A stretch of DNA of 49,147 nucleotides, taken from contig CAIUOD010000001.1 in assembly GCA_903900775.1 (NCBI GenBank), positions 1 to 49,147 of the forward strand, given 5' to 3'. Position numbers and translations under genes: made by a program. Shown here piece by piece: positions 19,085 through 26,847 of the stretch (the stretch's first letter is position 1; every line of letters starts with the position of its first letter). The notes under the pieces are model-generated. The model made no database searches. It was not told the origin of the DNA and saw only the letters and a program-made list of their open reading frames with translations. This stretch comes from Candidatus Adlerbacteria bacterium (GTDB lineage Bacteria; Patescibacteriota; Minisyncoccia; Phycocordibacterales; SBAW01).

Positions 19085-20311
19085 ATGAATGCATTTGAGA
19101 ACGCACAAGAACAGCTTAAGCGCGCCGCGGCAGTCGCGCCCATAGACCCTACTCTCCTCAATTCGCTCACGGTTCCCGAACGCGAAGTCACCGTCTCGAT
19201 ACCGGTTGTTATGGACGATGGTTCGACTCGCTTTTTTGAAGGATATCGCGTGCAGTATTCGAGCGCACGCGGGCCGTACAAAGGCGGCATTCGCTACCAC
19301 CCGCAGGCGGATATCAACGAAGTGCGCGCGCTCGCGCTCTGGATGACGCTTAAATGTGCGGTCGCGGGGATGCCGATGGGCGGCGGCAAGGGTGGCGTTG
19401 TCGTTGATCCGAAAAAGCTCTCGCGCGGCGAGCTCGAGCGCCTCTCGCGCGGTTTTGTCGGGCGGCTCCATCTGATCCTTGGCCCCGAGATTGATGTGCC
19501 GGCGCCCGACATGAATACGACGCCCGAGATTATGGCGTGGATGAATGACGAGTATGCAAAAATAACCGGCGACAAACGCGGCGCAACTTTTACCGGCAAG
19601 CCTCTCGATAAAGGCGGCTCGGAAGGCCGCTCGCTGGCAACCGGCATGGGCGGATTTTTCGTCTTCGAGGCGCTCAAAAATAAACTGGGCTTGCCCGCGC
19701 AGATGTCCATCATTATCCAAGGGATGGGGAATGTTGGCGGCAATGCCGCTAAAATATTGCAGAGCGAAGGCCATCGCATCGTCGCCATCTCTGATTCGCA
19801 GGGCGGCATTATGGACGAAAGCGGGCTCGATATCCCGGCGGTTGAGGCGTATAAAAAAGCGCACGGCTCGCTTAAAGGGTTCTCCGCCGAGGCGGGCAGG
19901 CCCAGCGCCAGAGAAATTTCAAATGCGGAGTTGCTCGAGCTCTCCTGCGATGTACTCGTACCTTCGGCGCTTGAAAATCAAATTACCAAAGAAAACGCAC
20001 CGCGGATTAAAGCGAAGGTCGTGCTTGAGCTTGCCAACGGCCCAACCACTCCCGAGGCGGATGATATTTTGTTTGCACGAGGCATCCCGGTTATACCCGA
20101 CATCCTCGCGAACGCGGGCGGCGTTATCGTCTCGACCTTTGAGTGGGAACAGAATCTCAAAGGCGAACACTGGGCCGAGTCGGCTGTCTTTACCAAGCTC
20201 CGCAATATTCTCTCAAAAGAGGCGGGTGGAGTGTGGCAACGTGCACAGGCTCTCAAGACCGATCTGCGCCGCGCGGCGTTCGTCGTCGCGCTCGAGCGCC
20301 TGGTGAAATAA
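19085..20311 (+). CDS. gdhA: Glu/Leu/Phe/Val dehydrogenase (glutamate dehydrogenase)
   Basis: GPYKGGIRYHP, GGGKGG, DVPAPD, QGMGNVG, ELANGP, PDILANAGGV. Confidence 0.92.
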   Translation: MNAFENAQEQLKRAAAVAPIDPTLLNSLTVPEREVTVSIPVVMDDGSTRFFEGYRVQYSSARGPYKGGIRYHPQADINEVRALALWMTLKCAVAGMPMGGGKGGVVVDPKKLSRGELERLSRGFVGRLHLILGPEIDVPAPDMNTTPEIMAWMNDEYAKITGDKRGATFTGKPLDKGGSEGRSLATGMGGFFVFEALKNKLGLPAQMSIIIQGMGNVGGNAAKILQSEGHRIVAISDSQGGIMDESGLDIPAVEAYKKAHGSLKGFSAEAGRPSAREISNAELLELSCDVLVPSALENQITKENAPRIKAKVVLELANGPTTPEADDILFARGIPVIPDILANAGGVIVSTFEWEQNLKGEHWAESAVFTKLRNILSKEAGGVWQRAQALKTDLRRAAFVVALERLVK

Positions 20312-20312
20312 C

Positions 20313-20864
20313 ATGCGTACTAAGCTCATCAGCATCTACCTCATCGGCTTCGGGGCCTTGTGCGTTATACTCTACTTCGCTTGGGTGATGCCCTCGTGGT
20401 CATCTTTGCCCGGGCCTTTGGCTGGCCCTGCGAACTCCGTTCAGCAACCATCCTCAACTGCCTCATCTACAATTTCTGCAAACCAATATCAGGGCGGCCA
20501 GGCGCAACTCCCTATGAAAATAATCACCGTCGGCGGAATTAAAATACAAGTCGAAGTTGCCTCGACCGAGGCTGAAAGGCAAGCAGGCCTCTCGGGCCGC
20601 GCGGGGCTCGCCGCGGGGCAGGGGATGCTGTTTGAATTTTCTCAACCGGGCGATTACGGTTTTTGGATGAAAGACATGAACTTTCCTATAGACATACTCT
20701 GGGCTGATCAAAGCGGCACAGTCGTCACTATTTGGCCCAACCTCTCGCCCGCCACTTATCCGCAGTCCTTCCATCCGGCATCTCCGGCTCAATATGTTCT
20801 TGAACTCCCCGCCAACTTCGCCGCGCAGAATGGCATTGCCGTCGGGTCTAAAATATCGATTTGA
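20313..20864 (+). CDS. DUF192-family membrane-anchored protein
   Basis: VEVAST..ER..GLSGR, GMLFEF, FWMKDMNFPIDI, YVLEL. Confidence 0.88.
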   Translation: MRTKLISIYLIGFGALCVILYFAWVMPSWSSLPGPLAGPANSVQQPSSTASSTISANQYQGGQAQLPMKIITVGGIKIQVEVASTEAERQAGLSGRAGLAAGQGMLFEFSQPGDYGFWMKDMNFPIDILWADQSGTVVTIWPNLSPATYPQSFHPASPAQYVLELPANFAAQNGIAVGSKISI

Positions 20865-20888
20865 CAAAATGACCAAATGGTGTATGTT
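20861..20888 (+). promoter_or_regulatory. Sigma70-type promoter for the DGR target gene
   Basis: TTGACA (20861-20866), 16 nt, TATGTT (20883-20888); SD AGGAG at 20954-20958. Confidence 0.55.
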
Positions 20889-20958
20889 TTTGGCTAGCTG
20901 ATGGGTCCAGAATTCTCTGTTTATCTGGCCTCAGGACAGCTCATCCGACAATTAGGAG

Positions 20959-21639
20959 ATGATGTCGATGCAACCCGCATTGAACACGTCTGCGATCGTG
21001 ACCTCCGATAGCCCCAAAGGGCAACAGGCCGTCGCGCTATTCCGTGCCCAATACAACAAAGTCGGGCTCGACGATGAAAGCGCCCAGTTGCTCAACGAGC
21101 ACCCCGGCTTCGCCGCCTACCTCGCGGCGGGCATCCGGCAGTTCTCGACCAAGGGGCCGGTCTTTCCCGTCTATCTCAAAATCGAAGTCGGCGGCAAGTC
21201 CAAAGAGGAACTCCTCGCGGAATTGCAGTCCGGCGGTTTTTTCGTCTCGGACTGGGCGAAAGACATTATGTCCAGGCCCGCGTGGAAGCCGGGCGAGAAG
21301 GAGAGGGTGAAGTTCGCCCGCGTTAAAGTGCGCGAGCTCGGATTCACGGATCCGAAGAATCTTCCGACGACTGCGCAGATCTGGGCTCGCATCCAGGAAT
21401 TCGGCCACGCGCTCTGCGAGCCCGGCGACGGCCCGGCCATCCGGCGGGTGCTCACGGACCAGTCGCGCGACGACTACTTATGGGCCGCGATGGAACAAAT
21501 CACGGACTCCGCTGGCGGCCGGCGCGTCTTCTGCGTCAAGCGGGGCGGCGGCGGTGAGCGGTGGCTCGACGCGCGTTGGGCCAATCCGAGCCGCGGATGG
21601 GATCTCGACAGCGAGGTCGTGTTCCGTCTCCGCAAGTAA
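20959..21639 (+). CDS. DGR target (variable) protein, probable C-type-lectin-like C-terminal fold
   Basis: The last 45 codons are the VR matching the downstream TR. SD spacing favours ATG 20968 as the start. No signal peptide or TM is evident. Confidence 0.92.
   Translation: MMSMQPALNTSAIVTSDSPKGQQAVALFRAQYNKVGLDDESAQLLNEHPGFAAYLAAGIRQFSTKGPVFPVYLKIEVGGKSKEELLAELQSGGFFVSDWAKDIMSRPAWKPGEKERVKFARVKVRELGFTDPKNLPTTAQIWARIQEFGHALCEPGDGPAIRRVLTDQSRDDYLWAAMEQITDSAGGRRVFCVKRGGGGERWLDARWANPSRGWDLDSEVVFRLRK
21502..21635 (+). repeat. DGR variable repeat (VR)
   Basis: 134-bp ungapped match to 21950-22083 with 21 mismatches, 20 of them opposite TR adenines. Confidence 0.97.
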
Positions 21640-21686
21640 CTTCGAACTTTGGGCGCTTAGTTCTAACCCTGAGCCCCTTAACCCTC

Positions 21687-21710
21687 GGCCCTGCACTTCG
21701 GTGCAGGGCC
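21687..21710 (+). terminator. GC hairpin downstream of VR (terminator and/or DGR homing hairpin)
   Basis: GGCCCTGCAC-TTCG-GTGCAGGGCC (10-bp perfect stem) followed by TCTTTTTGTT. Confidence 0.8.
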
Positions 21711-21949
21711 TCTTTTTGTTACACTACAGAGCGGTAATAGGTGCATACGTGGGCGGCAAGGATTGCCTGCGGCCGAATCCGACGAACTTACATTGAGCGT
21801 TTCTTCGATTGCGGTTGGAGAAAGAGTAATGTGAGCAAGTCTAAAAAAAGAAGATACTTGGTGCGCGATACTGGGGCATTATCATGCCGAATGAGATACA
21901 GTCCCGAGAGTATTCAAAGGGTGGTGGAACAGAAGGTGCCGCGCACAGG

Positions 21950-22083
21950 ACGGACTCCGATGGCAACCTGAACGTCTTCTACGTCAAGCGGAACGACGAC
22001 GGTAAGCGGTGGCTCAACACGAATTGGGCCAATCCGAGCAACAAATGGGATCTCGACAACGAGGTCGTGTTCCGTCTCCGCAA
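21950..22083 (+). repeat. DGR template repeat (TR)
   Basis: AAC/AAT/GAC-rich copy of the VR with 36 adenines; diverges from VR after ...CGTCTCCGCAA. Confidence 0.97.
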
Positions 22084-22095
22084 CTCTCTTCATTT

Positions 22096-22135
22096 CTCCT
22101 CCGTCAGCGTCGCTGTTCGGGGGAGTTTTGTTTTG
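22096..22135 (+). terminator. Hairpin plus T-tract immediately 3' of TR (possible 3' end or spacer structure of the TR RNA)
   Basis: CTCCTCCG-T-CAGCG-T-CGCTG-TT-CGGGGGAG followed by TTTTGTTTTG; overlaps the avd stop codon. Confidence 0.5.
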
Positions 22136-22451
22136 CGAGTTGTCCCGACCAGCCGCCGAGCATCTTACCTATCTCGTCCATTTTTGACGAAATTTCGATA
22201 TATTTTTTATCCCGCAATGATCTGCTTTCCCACAAGACCATAAGCAATAAAGAAGAGGTATTGAGTTTCCGTATTGCAAGGCGTATGTAGGGTAATTTCT
22301 GATCCCTTGGCAAAAAAGCTGCGGCTGATACTTGCTCCATTATCTCAATAAATAAGGTGTCTATCCTCTCGCCAACGGTATAGCGATGAATTTTAGGGAG
22401 CGTAGAATATATCTCATGCCACAGCAAATAAGCTTGTTTGATTCGCTCCAA
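22104..22451 (-). CDS. avd: DGR accessory variability determinant (Avd/bAvd-like four-helix bundle)
   Basis: 115 aa with LPK.HRYT.GERID...EIGKMLGGW, typical of the Avd family; lies between TR and RT on the opposite strand. Start codon uncertain. Confidence 0.85.
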   Translation of the reverse strand: MERIKQAYLLWHEIYSTLPKIHRYTVGERIDTLFIEIMEQVSAAAFLPRDQKLPYIRLAIRKLNTSSLLLMVLWESRSLRDKKYIEISSKMDEIGKMLGGWSGQLAKQNSPEQRR

Positions 22452-22485
22452 AACGGGCAGGAGATTCCTGCGGGGGGGGGTCCAC

Positions 22486-23463
22486 TTGAAGCGGCTCGCT
22501 CATGCCTACCAAGATATCATTTCTATCGAGAATTTACTTCTTGCCTGGCGGGAGTTTCTTAACGGTAAAAGAAACAAGGAAGATGTGCAGGAGTTTGAAT
22601 ATAGGCTCTTCGACAACATACTCGCGCTCCACCAGGAACTGAAAAACAAGGTTTATGTCCATGGTCCGTATTATCACTTCCGCATCAGCGACCCAAAACC
22701 GCGTGATATCCACAAAGCCACCGTGCGCGATCGGCTTCTACATCATGCTATCTATCGAATTCTGTACCCATTCTTCGACTCGAAGTTCGTAACCGATTCG
22801 TATTCCTGCCGCATAAACAAAGGGACGCATCGAGCCATGAATCGCTTTCGCGATTTCGCACGCCAAGAATCTCGTAATCATACTCGCACCTGCTGGGTGC
22901 TCAAATGCGATATCAGAAAATTTTTCGCCAGTATCGACCAGGAAATTCTGATTAGGATTTTACGGAAGCATACCCAAGATGAAGAAACTCTCTGGCTTCT
23001 CGGCCAAGTGGTACGCAGTTTTAATTCCAGCAAAGAGGGGAAGGGCCTACCACTCGGTAATCTCACCAGCCAGCTTCTAGCCAATGTTTATTTGAATGAG
23101 CTTGATCAATTTGTGAAGCACAAACTCAAGGCGAAATATTACATCCGTTACGCCGATGATTTCGTGTTTCTTTCGCATGATAAAAGGTGGCTTGAAAGTA
23201 TTTTACCCAAAATCAGCGTTTTTCTTAAAGACGAGTTACGGCTTACACTGCATCCGAACAAAGTCTCTATAACCACCTTCGCCTCTGGAATCGACTTCCT
23301 CGGCTGGGTGCATTTTCCCGGCCACCGCGTGTTGCGAACCGCAACCAAGCGCAGGATGTTGAAACGGACAAGAGGACTTGAGCAAGATAGTCCAACAGTA
23401 CAATCGTATGTGGGGATGCTAAAGCATGGGGATGGCAAAAAACTTGCCAAAATGTTAAAGTGA
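22486..23463 (+). CDS. DGR reverse transcriptase
   Basis: KPRDI, RDRLLHHA, SYSCR..KGTH, LKCDIRKFF, GLPLGNLTSQ, YIRYADD, GIDFLG. TTG 22486 (MKRLAHAY) is preferred over 22438. Confidence 0.95.
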   Translation: MKRLAHAYQDIISIENLLLAWREFLNGKRNKEDVQEFEYRLFDNILALHQELKNKVYVHGPYYHFRISDPKPRDIHKATVRDRLLHHAIYRILYPFFDSKFVTDSYSCRINKGTHRAMNRFRDFARQESRNHTRTCWVLKCDIRKFFASIDQEILIRILRKHTQDEETLWLLGQVVRSFNSSKEGKGLPLGNLTSQLLANVYLNELDQFVKHKLKAKYYIRYADDFVFLSHDKRWLESILPKISVFLKDELRLTLHPNKVSITTFASGIDFLGWVHFPGHRVLRTATKRRMLKRTRGLEQDSPTVQSYVGMLKHGDGKKLAKMLK

Positions 23464-23468
23464 TATTA

Positions 23469-23820
23469 GCGCGTTGGGCAGCTACTGTTGGGTTTGTCCG
23501 CCCTAGGCGGATGAGGCCGGCAGAGGAAAGTCCGAACACCACCAGGCGAAAGCTTGGAGAAGGGTAGCAGGTAACCCCTGTCGTGCGCTCATGGCGGGCG
23601 CAAGGGGTGCGAACAGAGACGAGTCCCTTCAGTGGGAGTGAAACGGCAAAATCCCTGCTCGGGTGCAAGGCCGTACTCAACGCAACGCTGCGGAAGTTTA
23701 CCCTTCCGTAGCTTTAGCGAAGGAGGGTGCCGCTTGAGCTCTGGGGCGACCCAGGGCCCAGATAAATGGTTGCCTCGCCCGCCCAAGGCGGGCCAGACAG
23801 AATTCGGCTTACAGACGCGC
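23469..23820 (+). ncRNA. rnpB: RNase P RNA
   Basis: GAGGAAAGTCCG, GTGAAACGG, AGATAAATG and ACAGAATTCGGCTTA conserved blocks; P1 GCGCGTT/GACGCGC closes the ends. Confidence 0.92.
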
Positions 23821-23833
23821 GCGCCATTGTGTG

Positions 23834-24434
23834 AACGCCCCGCTTAACGCGGGGCGTTTGCCTTTCTACCCAAGAACCACCGGCTTTAGCCGGTGTGGGC
23901 GTTTCAAGGCGTAGCCCATGAGAAAATCACCGTGGTCGATATTACCAACCAACGGTGATTTTCCATGGCGAACAGACGTCTGTATCAGCAAACCCATGCT
24001 ACCTGGGTCTGCGACTATCACATTGTATGGTGTCCCAAGTACCGCGGGAAGGTACTCAAAGACCCCTACGTCAAACAAGAACTCAAGCGCATGTTCAAAC
24101 TCATAGCGCGGTGGAAGGATCTCAAAATCCACGCCTGGCACATTGGTGACGAACACATACACCTGTACGTTTCCATCCCACCCAAATATTCAGCCGCATA
24201 CATTATTCAAATCCTGAAAGGGAAGACTTCCAGCTGGCTGAAGAAGAAAACCAAGCAGTTTCCCCAGGGTACGCTTTGGGCACGCGGGTACTTCGTTTCC
24301 ACCATCGGCGGCAACGAGCATCAAATCAAGAGCTACATTAACAACCAGAGTCATCACCAAAAGGATATGCCGCAGTTGTTCTAGCCCCGCTACTGCGGGG
24401 CAGGTTAGAAACCGCCGGCTTTGTGCCGGCGGTT
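23834..24434 (+). mobile_element. IS200-like element (tnpA only) with hairpin ends
   Basis: Hairpins at 23834-23858, 23876-23898, 24384-24401 and 24410-24434 flank tnpA. Exact ends are uncertain. Confidence 0.75.
23965..24384 (+). CDS. tnpA: IS200/IS605-family Y1 HUH transposase
   Basis: YHIVWCPKYR, HUH motif EHIHL, KGKTS, LWARGYFVST, catalytic Tyr in YINNQ. Confidence 0.95.
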   Translation: MANRRLYQQTHATWVCDYHIVWCPKYRGKVLKDPYVKQELKRMFKLIARWKDLKIHAWHIGDEHIHLYVSIPPKYSAAYIIQILKGKTSSWLKKKTKQFPQGTLWARGYFVSTIGGNEHQIKSYINNQSHHQKDMPQLF

Positions 24435-24492
24435 GTCATTGGCGGGCCTTTCTGTGGATTTTACATATCTTTTACCGTAGTATACTAAACTC

Positions 24493-26841
24493 ATGTCACC
24501 ACAAATTGTTTCGTTTTTTCGAAATATACAACCAAAGTTTTTCTTATCTTGGTCCCGCCGGTTCTTCCTCGTGGGGGTTGCGCTTTCTATATTATTTGTC
24601 ATTCCTCTCCCGTGGTTCCCGCTCCAGCTTGGTAAACTCGCTATCTTCTCCTTATCTCTTTTCGTCTCACTGCTCCTTTTTGTACTTGGCGGGGGCATGC
24701 GTACTATCTCAAAAACTTCCGGTTCGCTGTTGGCGCTCGCCGTGTGGTCTTTGCCGCTCGCGTATCTCGTCTCATGGCTTTTGTCGGCCGATCGATTTGT
24801 GGGAGTGCTCGGATCATCAATCGAACAAGACACGTTGCTTTTTGTAATACTGTGCTCGCTGGCGTTTATGCTCGGTTTTGCGCTCCTGCGGAGCACTCAC
24901 GGTGCGCGGATGCTCATGAAGACCGCGGCCGCCGCTGTCGGCGTGGCGGCACTCTTCCAAATCATCGTCATTGTTTTCGGCACTCATCTCGTGCCGTTCT
25001 CGGTTTTTAGCGACCACTCGGTCAATGTGGTAGGCAAGTGGAACGATCTCGGTCTCTTAGCCGGGCTCCTGCTCCTTCTTTTGATCGGCTGGCTAGAATG
25101 GGCCTCAGGCTCGCTTATACAGCGGGTCTTGGCCGGGGTCGGCGCCTTTTTGTTACTGTGTCTGCTAGCGGTGATCCAATTTCCGCTCGTGTGGGCGCTG
25201 GTGCTCGCGGGCGCGGCTCTCTGTGGAACCCTTTTCTTCTTACTGCATCGCCCTGAAGGGCTACGGGCGTCTTTCCCTCGAGTGTCCATGGCAGGGGTGG
25301 TGCTTGCGGCGATCTTGCTGGTGTGGGGAGCGGCGGTCAACACCGGCCTCACTTCGCTTTTCCCGGTCTCGGCGCTTGAAGTCCGCCCCTCGTTCTCCTC
25401 AACGCTTGAGGTCGATCGCGCTACGCACGGCGCCTCGGCGCGGCAGCTTTTCTTTGGGGCGGGCCCCAACACCTTCGGCGATGCGTGGCTCTTGCATAAA
25501 CCAGCAGGCGTCAATCAAACACTTTTTTGGAATTTGAATTTCAACCTCGGTTTCAGCACTTTTCTCACCGCGCTCCAGAGCGTCGGGCTCCTCGGGGCGC
25601 TCGCCTGGCTCGCCCCGCTCCTCTTGCTCCTCTATGGGCTTGTGCGTTATCTGCGTGCCCCGCCGCGGCGCGAGTGGGCGACCGTCGCGGCGCTTTCACT
25701 CGTGGTCGGCTACTTCTGGTGCGCCCTGCTTTTGTATATCCCGAGCGAAAATCTGCTCCTCCTGGCGTTTGTCTTCGCTGGCGCCGCGTTTGGTTTGATG
25801 ATGTCTCTCACTTCTACATCGAGCGTGGCGCCTCCCACATCATCGGCGCGGCGGATAATCGCAGAGCGGGTTTTGATAGTGGCGGCGAGCGTGGCGCTCC
25901 TCATGCTCTCTCTGTGGGGAGCGGTGGGGGTCGGTCGGCGTTTCGTGAGTGAAATCTTTGTTAATCAGGGCTCCTTGCTTTCGGCTCAACCGCAAAACGC
26001 GCTTGCTTTAGCTGTACGTGCGCAGAGAGTCGAAAAAACATCCGACAATCTGCGCCTCGGCCTTACGGCCGGCTACGCGCTTCTCCAGCAATTGGCGAAC
26101 AATTCCAAGCCCTCTCCAGAAGAACAGCAACAGTTCGTGGTGCAAGCTCAACAGACGCTGGCCGTGGGCCAGCAGGCAGTGCTCCTCAATCCGCATGATT
26201 ATCAGGCGTTCTTAACACTCGGGAATCTATACGCGCTCTTGAGTTCGGTGGGTATCTCGGGCGCCGGCCAGAGCGCGGTGGATGCGTACCAAAGCGCCGC
26301 CGAGATTAATCCAACCGATCCTGAAATCCCGCTCCAGCTCGCGCGGCTTGCTCAGGCGAGCGGCAACGATTCGGCCGCAGAGAATTTTCTCTCCCAAGCG
26401 CTTACGCTAAAACCAAATTACACCGACGCCATCCTTTTCGTTGTCCAGTACGCGGTCGCTCACAATGACATCCCCACGGCTATCGCGGCGGCGGGGCAGG
26501 CGGTACAAAGTGCCCCCGGCATCCCGTCCTCGTGGTTTGAGCTTGGGCTTCTCTACTACAGCAAAAATGATTTTGCGAACGCGATTCCCGCGCTTGAGCA
26601 AGCAGTGAAGCTCGAGAACGATTATGCGAACGCGCGGTACTTCCTCGGGCTTTCCTATGCCGCCCAGGGCCGCGCCACGGATGCCGTCGCACAGTTCGAA
26701 AATCTGGCGACGACAAACCCCAACAACGCCGAAGTCGCGCTCATTCTCAACAACCTCAAGCAAGGCAAAGAGCCCTTCGCTGGGGCTAAGCCGCCAATCA
26801 CTCCCACCCCGCAGGAGCGCGCCACTGCTCCGCTCCCTTAA
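24493..26841 (+). CDS. Polytopic membrane protein (O-antigen-ligase-like) with C-terminal TPR repeats
   Basis: Many TM helices, FGAGPNTF and GLLG motifs, TPR repeats (ALTLKPNY, ELGLLYY, YANARYFLGLSY). Confidence 0.75.
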   Translation: MSPQIVSFFRNIQPKFFLSWSRRFFLVGVALSILFVIPLPWFPLQLGKLAIFSLSLFVSLLLFVLGGGMRTISKTSGSLLALAVWSLPLAYLVSWLLSADRFVGVLGSSIEQDTLLFVILCSLAFMLGFALLRSTHGARMLMKTAAAAVGVAALFQIIVIVFGTHLVPFSVFSDHSVNVVGKWNDLGLLAGLLLLLLIGWLEWASGSLIQRVLAGVGAFLLLCLLAVIQFPLVWALVLAGAALCGTLFFLLHRPEGLRASFPRVSMAGVVLAAILLVWGAAVNTGLTSLFPVSALEVRPSFSSTLEVDRATHGASARQLFFGAGPNTFGDAWLLHKPAGVNQTLFWNLNFNLGFSTFLTALQSVGLLGALAWLAPLLLLLYGLVRYLRAPPRREWATVAALSLVVGYFWCALLLYIPSENLLLLAFVFAGAAFGLMMSLTSTSSVAPPTSSARRIIAERVLIVAASVALLMLSLWGAVGVGRRFVSEIFVNQGSLLSAQPQNALALAVRAQRVEKTSDNLRLGLTAGYALLQQLANNSKPSPEEQQQFVVQAQQTLAVGQQAVLLNPHDYQAFLTLGNLYALLSSVGISGAGQSAVDAYQSAAEINPTDPEIPLQLARLAQASGNDSAAENFLSQALTLKPNYTDAILFVVQYAVAHNDIPTAIAAAGQAVQSAPGIPSSWFELGLLYYSKNDFANAIPALEQAVKLENDYANARYFLGLSYAAQGRATDAVAQFENLATTNPNNAEVALILNNLKQGKEPFAGAKPPITPTPQERATAPLP

Positions 26842-26847
26842 TAAACT

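Larger units (their letters stand above)
20861..23463 (+). mobile_element. Complete diversity-generating retroelement (target/VR, hairpin, TR, inverted avd, RT)
   Basis: All core components lie within about 2.6 kb and the TR/VR differences are adenine-specific. Confidence 0.95.

Noticed and set aside
18995-19864. 289-aa minus-strand ORF opposite gdhA
   Set aside because: Antisense shadow of a well-conserved GC-rich gene, with no recognisable motifs.
21884-22243. 119-aa ORF spanning the TR, resembling the target C-terminus
   Set aside because: It is the TR read in the VR frame, which is naturally stop-free, and it runs antisense into avd. It is not treated as a second target, though translation cannot be excluded.
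22486-23463. RT as group II intron, retron or CRISPR-associated RT
   Set aside because: No maturase/endonuclease extension or cas genes are present, and the adjacent TR/VR pair plus Avd identify it as DGR-type.
23589-23847. Short ORFs over 23469-23820
   Set aside because: They overlap the RNase P RNA gene and are spurious.
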